Assembly: GCA_023301465.1 (NCBI GenBank)
Contig: JALZUQ010000001.1
Location: 105,225-169,224 of the forward strand
DNA: 64,000 bases
Source of the DNA: Oligoflexales bacterium
Lineage (GTDB): Bacteria > Bdellovibrionota_B > Oligoflexia > Oligoflexales > JALZUQ01
Reading direction: 5' to 3'
Positions 26,189 to 36,261 of the stretch are shown here, piece by piece. Both the position numbers and the translations under genes were made by a program. How positions within the stretch are numbered: the first letter of the stretch is position 1; each line of letters begins with the position of its first letter. The notes below the pieces were generated by a model. The model did no database searches. It was not told the DNA's origin and worked only from the letters and a program-made list of their open reading frames with translations.

Positions 26189-27712
26189 TTATCCATTCTC
26201 ACGTTGAGAGAATATCGATACAGCTTGAACTCCTAGCTTCCAAGCGTCTAGTTGTTTTTGTCTTGAAACAGCGTAGGACGCCTCTTTATTAGGCAGGAAC
26301 TCTTGATCTAGGTCTAGTTTTTTTGAGACTTCCGACAAGTCTTGAATGAGGCCCGAACCTAGTGCTGCAAAGATTGCGGCTCCAAGAGCTGTAGACTCAA
26401 GGGCTTTTGGTCTTCTGATTTTGATGCCACTAAAATCAGCCTGAACCTGCATCAGTATGTTGTTTGCTGCAGCACCTCCATCCACAGCGAGTTCTTGGGC
26501 GGTTATCCCCGATTCATTGATTGAGCTTAGTAGATCATTCACCTGAAAAGCGATTCCCTCAAGAACGGCTCTCATCAAAACCGGTTGATCCGTGCCTCTT
26601 GATAAACCCAAAAAAGCTCCGCGAGCTTGTGGGTTCCAATAGGGTGAGCCAAGGCCAGCTAGTGCTGGAATAAAAATAACTTGGGGTGCTGCAAAATCAT
26701 TCGATGCTTTTTGTTCAGATTCACCGGAACTGTTGATCCAACTTAATTGATCTCGAACATATTGAACGGCAGAACCTGCAACAAAACAAGAACCCTCTAC
26801 TGCGTAGGTGAGTTTGCCGTCAATTTTCCAAGCAATAGTATTCAGAAGTCCCTTTGGAGGGGTCTTGAAAGATTGCCCGCAGTTAACAAGAATAAAAGCT
26901 CCAGTTCCATAAGTACATTTTGCTTGATTTTCTTTGTAGCAACCCTGTCCAGCAAGTGCGGCTTGTTGGTCACCTAACATTCCAGTAATAGGAATACCAG
27001 AAGGTAGAAAACCAAGGTCTTCTGTAGACCCAAAATGCCCGCTAGAGTCTTTGATAGGCGGCAAACAGTCTTGGTTGCTAATGCCAAAAAGCTCTAATAA
27101 TTTAGAGTCATACGCACCCGTCTTGATATTCATAAGCATCGTTCTTGATGCGTTGCTGGCTTCGGTGAAGATGGATTTTCCACGTGTTAATTTAGCAAGT
27201 AAGTAAGCGTCCATTGTTAAAAACATGACGTCGCCAGCTTTTACTTTTGATTGCAAGTTGTGGTGTTCTATAAGCCATTTAATTTTGCTACCACTAAAAT
27301 AGGGGTCTACAACAAGCCCAGTATTTTTGTGAATATAGTTTGTAAGTTCAGGGTCTTTTTTAATGGCGTTGCAAAAACCCGTAGTTCTTCGGCATTGCCA
27401 GACGATTGCTTTCCCATATGGTTTTAATGTTTTTTTATCAACGGCAACAACCGTCTCTCTTTGGTTTGTGATGCCGATAGATTTAATTTTTTTGGTGGAA
27501 ATGCTTGAGGTTTTCAAAACGTTTTTGATGGCGGTGGACATAGATTGCCAGATTTCATCAACGTCGTGTTCCACCCAGCCTTCTTTTGGAAAGTGTTGAG
27601 GGTATTCAGCGTTGTGTTTTCCAATGATTTTTGGTGAACTTTTAAAATCTACAAGCACAGCCGTAGAGCCTGTTGTGCCCAAATCTAAAGATAAGACAAT
27701 ACTTTGGTTCAT
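26189..27712 (-). CDS. glpK: Glycerol kinase GlpK
   Basis: 507 aa FGGY-family kinase. LSLDLGTTGSTAV, GITNQRETVV and GDQQAALAGQGC motifs. Confidence 0.92.
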   Translation of the reverse strand: MNQSIVLSLDLGTTGSTAVLVDFKSSPKIIGKHNAEYPQHFPKEGWVEHDVDEIWQSMSTAIKNVLKTSSISTKKIKSIGITNQRETVVAVDKKTLKPYGKAIVWQCRRTTGFCNAIKKDPELTNYIHKNTGLVVDPYFSGSKIKWLIEHHNLQSKVKAGDVMFLTMDAYLLAKLTRGKSIFTEASNASRTMLMNIKTGAYDSKLLELFGISNQDCLPPIKDSSGHFGSTEDLGFLPSGIPITGMLGDQQAALAGQGCYKENQAKCTYGTGAFILVNCGQSFKTPPKGLLNTIAWKIDGKLTYAVEGSCFVAGSAVQYVRDQLSWINSSGESEQKASNDFAAPQVIFIPALAGLGSPYWNPQARGAFLGLSRGTDQPVLMRAVLEGIAFQVNDLLSSINESGITAQELAVDGGAAANNILMQVQADFSGIKIRRPKALESTALGAAIFAALGSGLIQDLSEVSKKLDLDQEFLPNKEASYAVSRQKQLDAWKLGVQAVSIFSQRENG

Positions 27713-27899
27713 CTAGTTTACTCCACAAAAACACGTTGTTAAGTTTGGTATCATAAGTAGATATGAAGTTTAAACTCGAAAGTAATATCCATGTGGGTTT
27801 GCTTGTTTGTGCCAGAGGTTTAATCACATGGGCTTTTTCTTTAGGAGTGTGCATTCAGAGTTGTTATCTTTTTATGGCAAAAGCTTGTAGGGAGATGAT

Positions 27900-28832
27900 T
27901 TGCGAGTTTGTTTTTTAGGTTCACCAAATGTGGTGGTGAAAGCATTAGATTATCTAAATAGTTCTAGTGAGCTCGACTTAGTGGGAGTAGTAACACAACC
28001 TCCCAGGCCAGCAGGTCGCAAGAAAACCCTAACCCCAACTCCAGTTGCAGACTACGCAGCAAAGAACAACTTAAACCTACAAGCGTTTGAAAATGTAAGT
28101 GCATCTGATAGCATTGATATTCTGAGATCTTGGAAAGTAGATGTTTTCCTGACAGCTGCTTATGGCCAAATCCTTAAAAAAAGTTTCTTAGAACTGCCGA
28201 CTATTACCACTGCAAATTTACACCCTTCTTTATTGCCGAAATACCGTGGTGCAACCCCGGTTCAAACAGCACTGTTTAACGGTGACAAAGAAACAGGTAT
28301 TAGTTTGCTTCACACCGTTCGTGCATTAGATGCTGGACCTATTATTTCTCAATCAAAAAGCACCATTGGAAAAAACGAAAACCAAATAGAGCTGATGGAA
28401 AGACTCTTTTTAGAAGGAGCCAAACTTTTTGAGGCGAGCTTACCGAAAATCCATAAAGACTTTAGTGGGGCGACGCCTCAAAATGAAGACGAAATAAGCC
28501 ACTGTAAAAAAATCAAAAAAGAAATGGCGAGAGTCGACTGGGCTTCACCCGCCGATGTCATACATCATCGTTTTAGGGCGTTTTTTGGTTGGCCGGGAAG
28601 TTTTGGGTTTTTAGGAGACCGAAGAATTGCAATTGATGATTGTTTGCCTGCTAGCTTAGAGCTTGAATCTGGGAAGCTCTTTTATGATAAAGCTCAAAAA
28701 AAGCTATATGTTGGGTGTGGGGAAGGGTCCTTAGAGTTAATCACCGTAAAACCAGCGGGAAAAAAATCAATGCCTGCTGATGCATTTGCAAGATCACTAG
28801 ATTGGAAGTCAGAGCATGTTTTCTCTACCTAA
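27900..28832 (+). CDS. fmt: Methionyl-tRNA formyltransferase Fmt
   Basis: 310 aa. VVTQPPRPAGRKK and NLHPSLLPKYRGATP motifs, plus the C-terminal Fmt domain. Confidence 0.88.
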   Translation: MRVCFLGSPNVVVKALDYLNSSSELDLVGVVTQPPRPAGRKKTLTPTPVADYAAKNNLNLQAFENVSASDSIDILRSWKVDVFLTAAYGQILKKSFLELPTITTANLHPSLLPKYRGATPVQTALFNGDKETGISLLHTVRALDAGPIISQSKSTIGKNENQIELMERLFLEGAKLFEASLPKIHKDFSGATPQNEDEISHCKKIKKEMARVDWASPADVIHHRFRAFFGWPGSFGFLGDRRIAIDDCLPASLELESGKLFYDKAQKKLYVGCGEGSLELITVKPAGKKSMPADAFARSLDWKSEHVFST

Positions 28833-29370
28833 AATAGCAGTAGCGGCTTCAGGTTCAGGGCGGTCTCTTGTTAACCTATTAGGCCGAAAGAGCTTTAAGG
28901 TTGCGTGCGTTATCTCAAATAAAAAAAACTGCAAAGCGGTGGCGATCGCAAAAGAAAATAAAATCAAAACGGTAATGGTTTCGTCTTTTGATGAGGGCTT
29001 CACCCATGAAATCAACCAACAGCTTTTTGATCAAGGGATTAAGCTCATTGTTTTGGCAGGTTTCTTAGTTAAATTTCCAGTGCTTGAAAATTTTAAAGAT
29101 AAAATGATCAATATTCACCCCTCGTTACTACCAAAATATGGTGGCAAAGGGTTTTATGGTATGAAAGTCCACGAAGCAGTCATTAAGTCTGGCGACAAGC
29201 ATTCAGGTGCAACCGTGCATATGGTAAATAATGAGTATGATCAAGGAAAGGTCTTAGCTCAGATCAAAGTCCCCGTTGAGCCTCACGATGACGCTCAAAC
29301 CTTAGCTGCTAAGGTGTTTGCGAAAGAATGCGTGTTGCTTCCAAAGGTTATAGAGTCACTATTGTTGTAG
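28816..29370 (+). CDS. purN: Phosphoribosylglycinamide formyltransferase PurN
   Basis: 184 aa. IAVAASGSGRSLVNLL, NIHPSLLPKYGGKG and GATVHMV motifs. 17-nt overlap with fmt. Confidence 0.8.
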   Translation: MFSLPKIAVAASGSGRSLVNLLGRKSFKVACVISNKKNCKAVAIAKENKIKTVMVSSFDEGFTHEINQQLFDQGIKLIVLAGFLVKFPVLENFKDKMINIHPSLLPKYGGKGFYGMKVHEAVIKSGDKHSGATVHMVNNEYDQGKVLAQIKVPVEPHDDAQTLAAKVFAKECVLLPKVIESLLL

Positions 29371-29392
29371 ATAGTTATAGGAATATTTAGAA

Positions 29393-29656
29393 ATGTTAAC
29401 ACAAGACAATTATATGGATCAGGCGTTTGTTTTTAGAACAAGACAAGCCGGCGTTAGTTTGATTTTTGATCCAACTCACGAACGCTATATTTATAATGCG
29501 TATTGCTTAGAAACGAAGATTTTAAAAGAGCTTTATACGCAAGAGTTTCATGAACTGTCATCTGCGATAGATAGAGTAAACGAAGAGTTTGGTAACTGGG
29601 AGTTAAAAACAGTAGGTGAAGATAAATCTGGCTGTGGAAGTTGTGTTGCAAAATAG
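29393..29656 (+). CDS. Hypothetical small protein with C-terminal CGSC motif
   Basis: 87-aa ORF. No recognisable family and no obvious signal peptide. Confidence 0.35.
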   Translation: MLTQDNYMDQAFVFRTRQAGVSLIFDPTHERYIYNAYCLETKILKELYTQEFHELSSAIDRVNEEFGNWELKTVGEDKSGCGSCVAK

Positions 29657-29722
29657 CATGAACTACTGGTTCGCTTAGATACGTGATACAGTTTAAGCCA
29701 TAGTAGAGTTAAGGAGTGTTCT

Positions 29723-30598
29723 ATGTTTCCAAGTATGGACGATTTACGGTACTTTATCGAAGTGGCAACAGTTGGTAACATTTCACGTGCAGCTGCAAGG
29801 GTTGCCATTAGCCAGCCAGCAATGAGCGTCGCCTTAAAAAGACTTGAAGACAGCTTAGATGCTCGGTTACTGGATCGAAAAAACAGTGGAGTGACATTAA
29901 CACCCACTGGTAAAATCGTTTTAGAGCAAGCCGGTTCATTAATTCGTCAGTGGCAAGATCTTAAATCAGACGTCAAAAATAATCACGATGAAGTGGGCGG
30001 GTATTTTACAATTGGGGCTCATCCAGCAGTTGCAAACTACACAATGCCGTTCTTCTTACCTAAAATACTTAAAGACCACCCGAAACTACATATAGATATC
30101 CACCATGAAAACCTTTCAAGAAAAGTAACAGACGCTGTAATTTCTGGAAAAATAGATTATGGCATTGTAATCAATCCATCAAGGCATCCTGATCTCGTTA
30201 TTCGAAAACTAGAAACAGACACAGTGAACTTCTGGTTCCATGAAAAGATTGAAGATGAAGCCAAGCTTGGAGAACAGGTTTTGATTTGCAATCCTGATCT
30301 TATTCAGTCAAAAGACTTACTGACGAAGTGCGACAAGAAAGGAATTGTTTTTAAAAGAGTGGTCTCTTCCACAAGTTTAGATTTAGCCGCAAGGCTTGCT
30401 TCACAAAAGTGCGGTGTTTCGGTTCTTCCGAGCAGGGTTCTCACAAAAGATCAAAGAAAACGTTTGCACGTAGTTTTAGAAGACTTGTCTTTCCATGATG
30501 ATATTTGTTTGATTCATAAGCCTAGCACATCAGCGTCCCATAAGTTGATTTCACAGGCTATTTCTTCGGTTTTTGCTAAAAATGAAAACACAAAATAA
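29723..30598 (+). CDS. LysR-family transcriptional regulator
   Basis: 291 aa. N-terminal wHTH (LRYFIEVATVGNISRAAARVAISQPAMSVALKRLE) followed by a LysR substrate-binding domain. Confidence 0.9.
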   Translation: MFPSMDDLRYFIEVATVGNISRAAARVAISQPAMSVALKRLEDSLDARLLDRKNSGVTLTPTGKIVLEQAGSLIRQWQDLKSDVKNNHDEVGGYFTIGAHPAVANYTMPFFLPKILKDHPKLHIDIHHENLSRKVTDAVISGKIDYGIVINPSRHPDLVIRKLETDTVNFWFHEKIEDEAKLGEQVLICNPDLIQSKDLLTKCDKKGIVFKRVVSSTSLDLAARLASQKCGVSVLPSRVLTKDQRKRLHVVLEDLSFHDDICLIHKPSTSASHKLISQAISSVFAKNENTK

Positions 30599-30686
30599 AT
30601 AAGCCCTTACTAGTATTCTTGTCCGCAAAGAGCTAAAATTTAGATAGACATCCGTCTTAATATTAGATTGAGATCAAACTATTTTC

Positions 30687-31679
30687 ATGCTGGTTGATGA
30701 GATTTGTGTGGAGGGGGGAAGAGTGATTCGTTTTGCCGTTATCATCATGTTTATTTTTGTTTGGACAGAGATGTCATTTGCAGAAAAGAATTGTTTCTTG
30801 ATATCAAAACACCATGCAGGAAAACTTGAAAAAGATCCCTTAAAATTACAAGACACCATTGATAGGATTCTTCAAAGTTTTGAAAACAAATCAGCCCTAA
30901 GGTTTCAGCCTCTTTTTCACTCAAGACTTCATAGAGCTATTTCTAGAATTAGGTCTCAATTTCAACGCATTGCCACTCAGGTGGGAGGCAAAGCAGATTA
31001 TAGTTATATGCGAATTTATGCGTTAAATACCGATGGCGAGGCTCTGCCAATTGATTGTGAAAACGGTGCCGCAACGATCATCCCTCTTTTTGGTCAAGAC
31101 CCACAGGTTGTTCTTTGGATGCAGGCAGCTGGAAAAAAAGAAATAGTTCATATCATTTTGCACCTCACAAAAGACAAGGGCGAATGGAAGATTTCTCTTT
31201 GGCATGACTACCCTTGGACAAGCGGGGGGGTAAATCCAGAAAAGTATAATGAAGAATTTCTAGACAAGCAAAAAAACCCGAGCTTATTAAAAAGATATTT
31301 ATTTGCAGATATGGCGTATAGACTGGCTAAAAATTCACGATATATTCAAGGTGAGCTTCATAAGTCTTTAAGGAAGGCATTAAAGTCTGAAGAATTAAAA
31401 GAAGTTCACACAGCTCTTATTAAGCATAATAAGAAGGATAAGTTTGTTCACCAAGATGCTGGAGCAACAAAAGAAGGCTTGATTTTAAATACCTACTTAT
31501 TGCTCCATAAAAAAATGGAAAAAAAGCAAAGAGAAGAGGCGTGCAAAAACGCAATTCAATCTGTTTTTAAGGACCCATATTTTAAAGACTTAAACAAGAT
31601 TTCTTGTTCATTTGTATACCCACAACATGACTCCAAAAAGAAAAGCCCATTAGGGCAATATTTGGTTTCAAGAAAGTAG
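30687..31679 (+). CDS. Hypothetical secreted protein
   Basis: 330 aa. Hydrophobic N-terminal segment ending MSFAEK, Lys-rich C-terminal half. No recognised domain. Confidence 0.45.
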   Translation: MLVDEICVEGGRVIRFAVIIMFIFVWTEMSFAEKNCFLISKHHAGKLEKDPLKLQDTIDRILQSFENKSALRFQPLFHSRLHRAISRIRSQFQRIATQVGGKADYSYMRIYALNTDGEALPIDCENGAATIIPLFGQDPQVVLWMQAAGKKEIVHIILHLTKDKGEWKISLWHDYPWTSGGVNPEKYNEEFLDKQKNPSLLKRYLFADMAYRLAKNSRYIQGELHKSLRKALKSEELKEVHTALIKHNKKDKFVHQDAGATKEGLILNTYLLLHKKMEKKQREEACKNAIQSVFKDPYFKDLNKISCSFVYPQHDSKKKSPLGQYLVSRK

Positions 31680-31684
31680 ATCAA

Positions 31685-33349
31685 TTGCTTAAGCATGTTT
31701 CAAATCACTTTAAAGAGCTACAGAAGCATCTTTTTAGAAAGGCGATGGAAGATGCAATGCCTTATATGGGTGATGAAAATTCTACGATTTGGCAATATGC
31801 TAAAGATTATAAAGAGTCTGTGCCAAAGAAATTTAAACAAATTGATGTTGAGTTGGCTACTGCGAAGGTGCTGGATTCAGCAATTATTCTTTATGGGGAT
31901 TTTCACGCCTTAAAACAGTCGCAGCGGGGTTTTCTTAGAGTGCTAAGAGATGCCGTGCAATCAGATGCCGGGCTTGATGTTGGCATATGCATGGAAATGG
32001 TTCGAAGTTGCGACCAAGTTGTTTTAGATAGGTTTATGTCTAGAGAGATCTCAACGGAGGAGTTTCTTCTGGAGATAAACTATGAGCAAAACTGGGGCTT
32101 TGCGTGGAAGCATTTTCTCCCCATTTTTGAATTTGCAATGGAACATGGAATTCCTGTTTATGGGATGAATAGTGAAAATGCGGGCAGAGACGATATACAA
32201 TCAAGAGATGAACATGCAGCGAAAATCATTTCTGGGTTATCTCATGATCATTTGTTTTGTTTGATAGGCGAGTTTCATCTTGCAGACAATCGTTTAATAA
32301 AAGAGCTCATTCATTCTGGGGTATCGTCAGAAAACGTATTAAGGGTTTTTAGCAATATTGATGAGTACTATTTTGAAATCGCGTCTATTTCTGAAAAGAA
32401 TACACAATTTATTCAAATGGCTGAAGATAAAATCTGTGTTCTAAATGCACCCCCATGGTTGAAGTGGCGTTCATTTGTTATGTGGGAAGAAATGAGGATG
32501 AGTCAGTTTCTTGAGCTGTCTGAGGAAAGTCAGTGGGATGAAATTATTGTGGATGAAGGGTTTGATGCAGACCATCAAGTTTTTTCGCTTGCAAGTAATT
32601 TAAATTCTTTTTTAAAACTCAACCACGGCAATGATGCATTGTCTCGTTTTAATATGTATTACGCTCCCGATTCAGCTTTTTTACAATCCATCCCAAACGA
32701 GCTGTTTAAGGGGAGTAGTTGGGCAGAAAGAGCCATTGTTCGTTCTGAAAGAGATGGTTTTTATTTTGTCGAGGTGGCTAATACTATTTTGATGTCAAAA
32801 ATGAGTATCAACAATTTATCAGAAATCATAGGTCAGCTCCTGTTCTCGTTATCGTCGTCTTATACAACAACTTCAAAAGATGAAGCCTATCATTTTTATT
32901 ACAGAGTTATGAAAAGTGCGGCGGGGGTTTTGGCATCAAGGGTTTTGAACCCTAAACAAAAATTCCAGCGTCTTGTCAGTTACCGCGGTTTTGTTGAGTC
33001 AATCAAGGGCAAGAGGCTAAAGGGAAGGGCTGCAGAGTTTAGAGATATCGCTAAAAACATACTGCTTTTTGATAGTTGGCTTTTGAAACAGAAATCAAAA
33101 ATTGGCAAACTTCCATCAAAGATAGTTTCATTTGATCATGATGTATATGGAGAGTTGGCAAAACGAATAGGAACAATGTATGGAGTGAGCTTATACACTC
33201 TTGCTATTCAAAATCAGTTAGAACCAAATACGATTCAAAAATTTTTTAAGACTAGCTGTGAAACCTCTGTCGAAATGACGGATTGGTTAAAAAACATAAG
33301 AAGTCTTGCAGAAAATTTTCATCCTGAGGATTTTGATCTTGCCTCTTAA
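31685..33349 (+). CDS. ChaN/Tiki-superfamily-like domain protein with about 330-aa uncharacterised C-terminal region
   Basis: 554 aa with no signal peptide. Residues about 60-220 match the ChaN-family pattern as I recall it: IILYGDFH, VGICMEM...Q..LD, W....F.PIFEFA...GIPVYGMN, DEHAAK, LIGEFHLA. Confidence 0.45.
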   Translation: MLKHVSNHFKELQKHLFRKAMEDAMPYMGDENSTIWQYAKDYKESVPKKFKQIDVELATAKVLDSAIILYGDFHALKQSQRGFLRVLRDAVQSDAGLDVGICMEMVRSCDQVVLDRFMSREISTEEFLLEINYEQNWGFAWKHFLPIFEFAMEHGIPVYGMNSENAGRDDIQSRDEHAAKIISGLSHDHLFCLIGEFHLADNRLIKELIHSGVSSENVLRVFSNIDEYYFEIASISEKNTQFIQMAEDKICVLNAPPWLKWRSFVMWEEMRMSQFLELSEESQWDEIIVDEGFDADHQVFSLASNLNSFLKLNHGNDALSRFNMYYAPDSAFLQSIPNELFKGSSWAERAIVRSERDGFYFVEVANTILMSKMSINNLSEIIGQLLFSLSSSYTTTSKDEAYHFYYRVMKSAAGVLASRVLNPKQKFQRLVSYRGFVESIKGKRLKGRAAEFRDIAKNILLFDSWLLKQKSKIGKLPSKIVSFDHDVYGELAKRIGTMYGVSLYTLAIQNQLEPNTIQKFFKTSCETSVEMTDWLKNIRSLAENFHPEDFDLAS

Positions 33350-33363
33350 GGCTTTAACAAAAA

Positions 33364-34302
33364 TTAACGGTGAAAATCGAGGATGCTTTGAGTCCAGTTT
33401 TTATCGTCAACTGAATAAAGAGATTGATGTCTTGCGTCTTTGAATATGACTAATTTTTTGGTGCCAGAAATATTATTTAGAATTTGATGAGAGTCTTCAA
33501 CAGGAGCACGTTCATCGTTTTCAGCTGCAAAGATAAGGGCGGGGACATGCAGGTTTTTTGCAAGTATATAGGGCTTGTAGTTGAGGGAGTCAAACCCGTG
33601 AATGATGCCTCCCCACCATGTAAGAACAGCAGCGCCGGGAAAACAAGGTGCTTTTAGGATTTTTATACGGTTGCAGATAGTTCCTTTCATAGATGCAAAA
33701 GGAGTTTCTAGTACGACACGATCAACATCTAATTTCTGATCATGGTTTGCTTTTAATAAAGCAGACGCCCCTAACGAAACGGCATAGACTTCTAGTTCTG
33801 CGTCTTTATTAACTGAGCGAATCATATTTACAGCGGCATGAACATCGTATGATTCATGAAAACCTATGGTTGTAAAACTACCTTCTGAGTCTCCACTGCC
33901 AAAAAAATCTAAAAGAGTTACCCCGTAACCCATTTTCTCATATGCTGCAGCTTCTTCGATGAGGTCGCTTTTTTCGCCGATATAACCGTGTAGCAACAAA
34001 GCTTGCTTTGGTTTGTTTAGATCAGACGTCCATGCAGATAGTTTGAAACCATTATACCCTGTAAAATTAATTTCACTATAATGACTCGGCTTAGGTTTAT
34101 CTTTTTTGGGTTTTCCAAAGGAAACGCCAAAAAATAGTGCTGACGCCTTGTCTATAAAAGCCATGTCGCGAAGTTTTTTTCTTGGTTCAATAGAGTCTGT
34201 AAATATAGTCATACTTCGTGCGTGAAAAATAGGCAAAAATACGAAAATATAAGAAAATAATATAACGAACAGAAGTAGTAACTGTTTTTTGCGAAGTAGC
34301 AT
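33364..34302 (-). CDS. Alpha/beta-fold hydrolase, membrane-anchored
   Basis: 312 aa. N-terminal TM helix, LLLHGY oxyanion region, AVSLGA nucleophile elbow (GxSxG-like), late Asp/His candidates. Confidence 0.7.
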   Translation of the reverse strand: MLLRKKQLLLLFVILFSYIFVFLPIFHARSMTIFTDSIEPRKKLRDMAFIDKASALFFGVSFGKPKKDKPKPSHYSEINFTGYNGFKLSAWTSDLNKPKQALLLHGYIGEKSDLIEEAAAYEKMGYGVTLLDFFGSGDSEGSFTTIGFHESYDVHAAVNMIRSVNKDAELEVYAVSLGASALLKANHDQKLDVDRVVLETPFASMKGTICNRIKILKAPCFPGAAVLTWWGGIIHGFDSLNYKPYILAKNLHVPALIFAAENDERAPVEDSHQILNNISGTKKLVIFKDARHQSLYSVDDKNWTQSILDFHR

Positions 34303-34494
34303 TTACTCACCTCATCATATAAAGCATTTCAGCTAGTTATCTCTGGTTCAAGTTAACTGAGTGGCGTGAATTAGTCCAGCGGCAAGGGCTGTTGTAAATA
34401 GTCTAAATGACCGATTTTGTTATATTAATTGATTTTTTTTGGTGATTCTTTTAAGGTCAACCAGAGAAATCTTACACAAACGGAGATAAAACCT

Positions 34495-36252
34495 ATGCAT
34501 TTTAGAGCTATCATGTTGACAGTATTAACCGTTTTTATTGTTGAACCAAAAGCCTTTGCAAAAAAAGTTTTAAAATACTCAGAAGATGGTGCCCCTTCAA
34601 ATTTTGATCCTGTTCAAAGTGCGACAATTTATGCCAATAAAATTACTACTGCGGTTTATCATACTCTTTACGAGTATAAATACTTAAAAGTACCGTACGA
34701 GTTAAAAACAAACCTTGCAGAAGCAATGCCAGTTGTGAGTAAGGACGGATTGACCTACACGATCAAAATTCGCAAAGGTGTAAAATACAAAGATGATGCA
34801 TGCTTCAAAAATGGTAAAGGCCGTGAAGTAGTTGCACAAGACTTTATCTACTCCATTAAAAGGCACTTTGATCCAAAAAACAGATCTCAAGGCTCTTGGC
34901 TCTGGAAAGGCAAGATTTTAGGAATAGATAAATGGAAAAAATCCGGAGCAAAATACGGGAAAAAAGTAGAAGGCCTACAAGCTTTAGATAAATACACCAT
35001 TCAAATTAAACTCGTAAAACCATATCCACAGCTTATCTACACATTTGCAATGGGCTTTTCTTCGGTAGTTCCTGAGGAGTCTGTGAAAAAATATGGAAGA
35101 GAGTTGTCTATTAAGCCAGTAGGCTCAGGCCCGTTTTATGTTGCGAGTCATACTAGTAAAAAAACAGTGTTAGAGCGTAACAAAAACTATGTCGGCAAAA
35201 AATTTAATGCAAAAGAAGAGGGTTATGACCCAAAGATTCATGGTGCAAGTGGAATTGCTAACCTAAACGGAAAAACAATGCCGTTTGTGGACCGAGTAGA
35301 AGTGAATTGGGTAAAAGAACTTGTTGCACGATGGAATTCATTTACAAAAGGTAATGAAATCGTTTGGACGATGTTACAAAATCAGCAGATATCTGAGGTC
35401 TTAGAGACAAAACACCCTGTTAAGCTCAAAAAGAAGTTTGCTGCAAAATATAATTTCAGGGTCGGTCGCGAAGCTGGTTTGGTTTATAATCATTTTAATA
35501 TGGATAATAAAAAACTTGGTTATCACCCTAACCCTAAGATTGCTGAAAAAAACAAAGCACTTCGTTGTGCAGTTCGTAAGGCTGTCAATTGGAGAAAAAG
35601 AATTGATAAGTTTTATTTAGGTATTGGCGATGCGTATCCGGGTTTTATTCCGCCGATTGTCGATGGTTTTGACAAGACATTACCTAATGATTCTGTGAAG
35701 CTTGATATTGTAGGTGCAAAAAAACTTTTAAAAGACGCGGGCTGGAATGCTAAAAACCTTCCAACAATTATCTATCCGGGTGTATCTAGTGTGAGAACAC
35801 GGCAGTTTTTCGAAGACTTTCGTGGAAATATGTCAAAAATCGGGTACCCCAAAAAGAAAATCAAATTTAAAGGCTATGCAACTTTTGGTGACTTTAATAA
35901 AGATGTTAAGCGTAGAAAAACCATGCTGGTGCCAATGGGTTGGGGCCTAGATTACCCAGATGCTGAGAATACTCTGGGTCTTTTTTATGGGCCAAATGCA
36001 TCACCGGGATCAAATGCATCTAACTACGATAACCCACAATATGATAAGTTGTATGCGGCAGCATCCACCATGCAGCCAGGGTTGGAAAGAACAGAGCTCT
36101 ACAAAAAAATGAATAAAATAATTATTGATGATTGCGTAACGGTTAGTTCTTTTTCAAGAACACGTGTTTACTTGTGGCATAAAAACGCCATCATGTGGCC
36201 ACAACGTGATATTATTAACAATATTTTTAAATACTCTGACATAAAAAAATAG
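34495..36252 (+). CDS. ABC transporter substrate-binding protein, family 5 (peptide/nickel, OppA/DppA-like); start at ATG 34495, after GGAG
   Basis: Signal peptide MHFRAIMLTVLTVFIVEPKAFA. SBP_bac_5-like length and composition. First gene of a five-gene Opp/Dpp-type operon. Confidence 0.85.
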   Translation: MHFRAIMLTVLTVFIVEPKAFAKKVLKYSEDGAPSNFDPVQSATIYANKITTAVYHTLYEYKYLKVPYELKTNLAEAMPVVSKDGLTYTIKIRKGVKYKDDACFKNGKGREVVAQDFIYSIKRHFDPKNRSQGSWLWKGKILGIDKWKKSGAKYGKKVEGLQALDKYTIQIKLVKPYPQLIYTFAMGFSSVVPEESVKKYGRELSIKPVGSGPFYVASHTSKKTVLERNKNYVGKKFNAKEEGYDPKIHGASGIANLNGKTMPFVDRVEVNWVKELVARWNSFTKGNEIVWTMLQNQQISEVLETKHPVKLKKKFAAKYNFRVGREAGLVYNHFNMDNKKLGYHPNPKIAEKNKALRCAVRKAVNWRKRIDKFYLGIGDAYPGFIPPIVDGFDKTLPNDSVKLDIVGAKKLLKDAGWNAKNLPTIIYPGVSSVRTRQFFEDFRGNMSKIGYPKKKIKFKGYATFGDFNKDVKRRKTMLVPMGWGLDYPDAENTLGLFYGPNASPGSNASNYDNPQYDKLYAAASTMQPGLERTELYKKMNKIIIDDCVTVSSFSRTRVYLWHKNAIMWPQRDIINNIFKYSDIKK

Positions 36253-36261
36253 GCGGAATTT

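Noticed and set aside
27900-29370. fmt lacking its usual partner def, and overlapping purN, as a possible unusual formyl-transfer operon
   Set aside because: def-fmt linkage is common but not universal, and two folate-dependent formyltransferases side by side need no special explanation. Nothing in the sequence itself is anomalous.
29393-29656. 87-aa protein ending SGCGSCVAK, considered as a RiPP precursor
   Set aside because: No radical-SAM, cyclodehydratase, lanthipeptide synthetase, peptidase-transporter or other maturation gene is adjacent. Its neighbours are purN and a LysR regulator.
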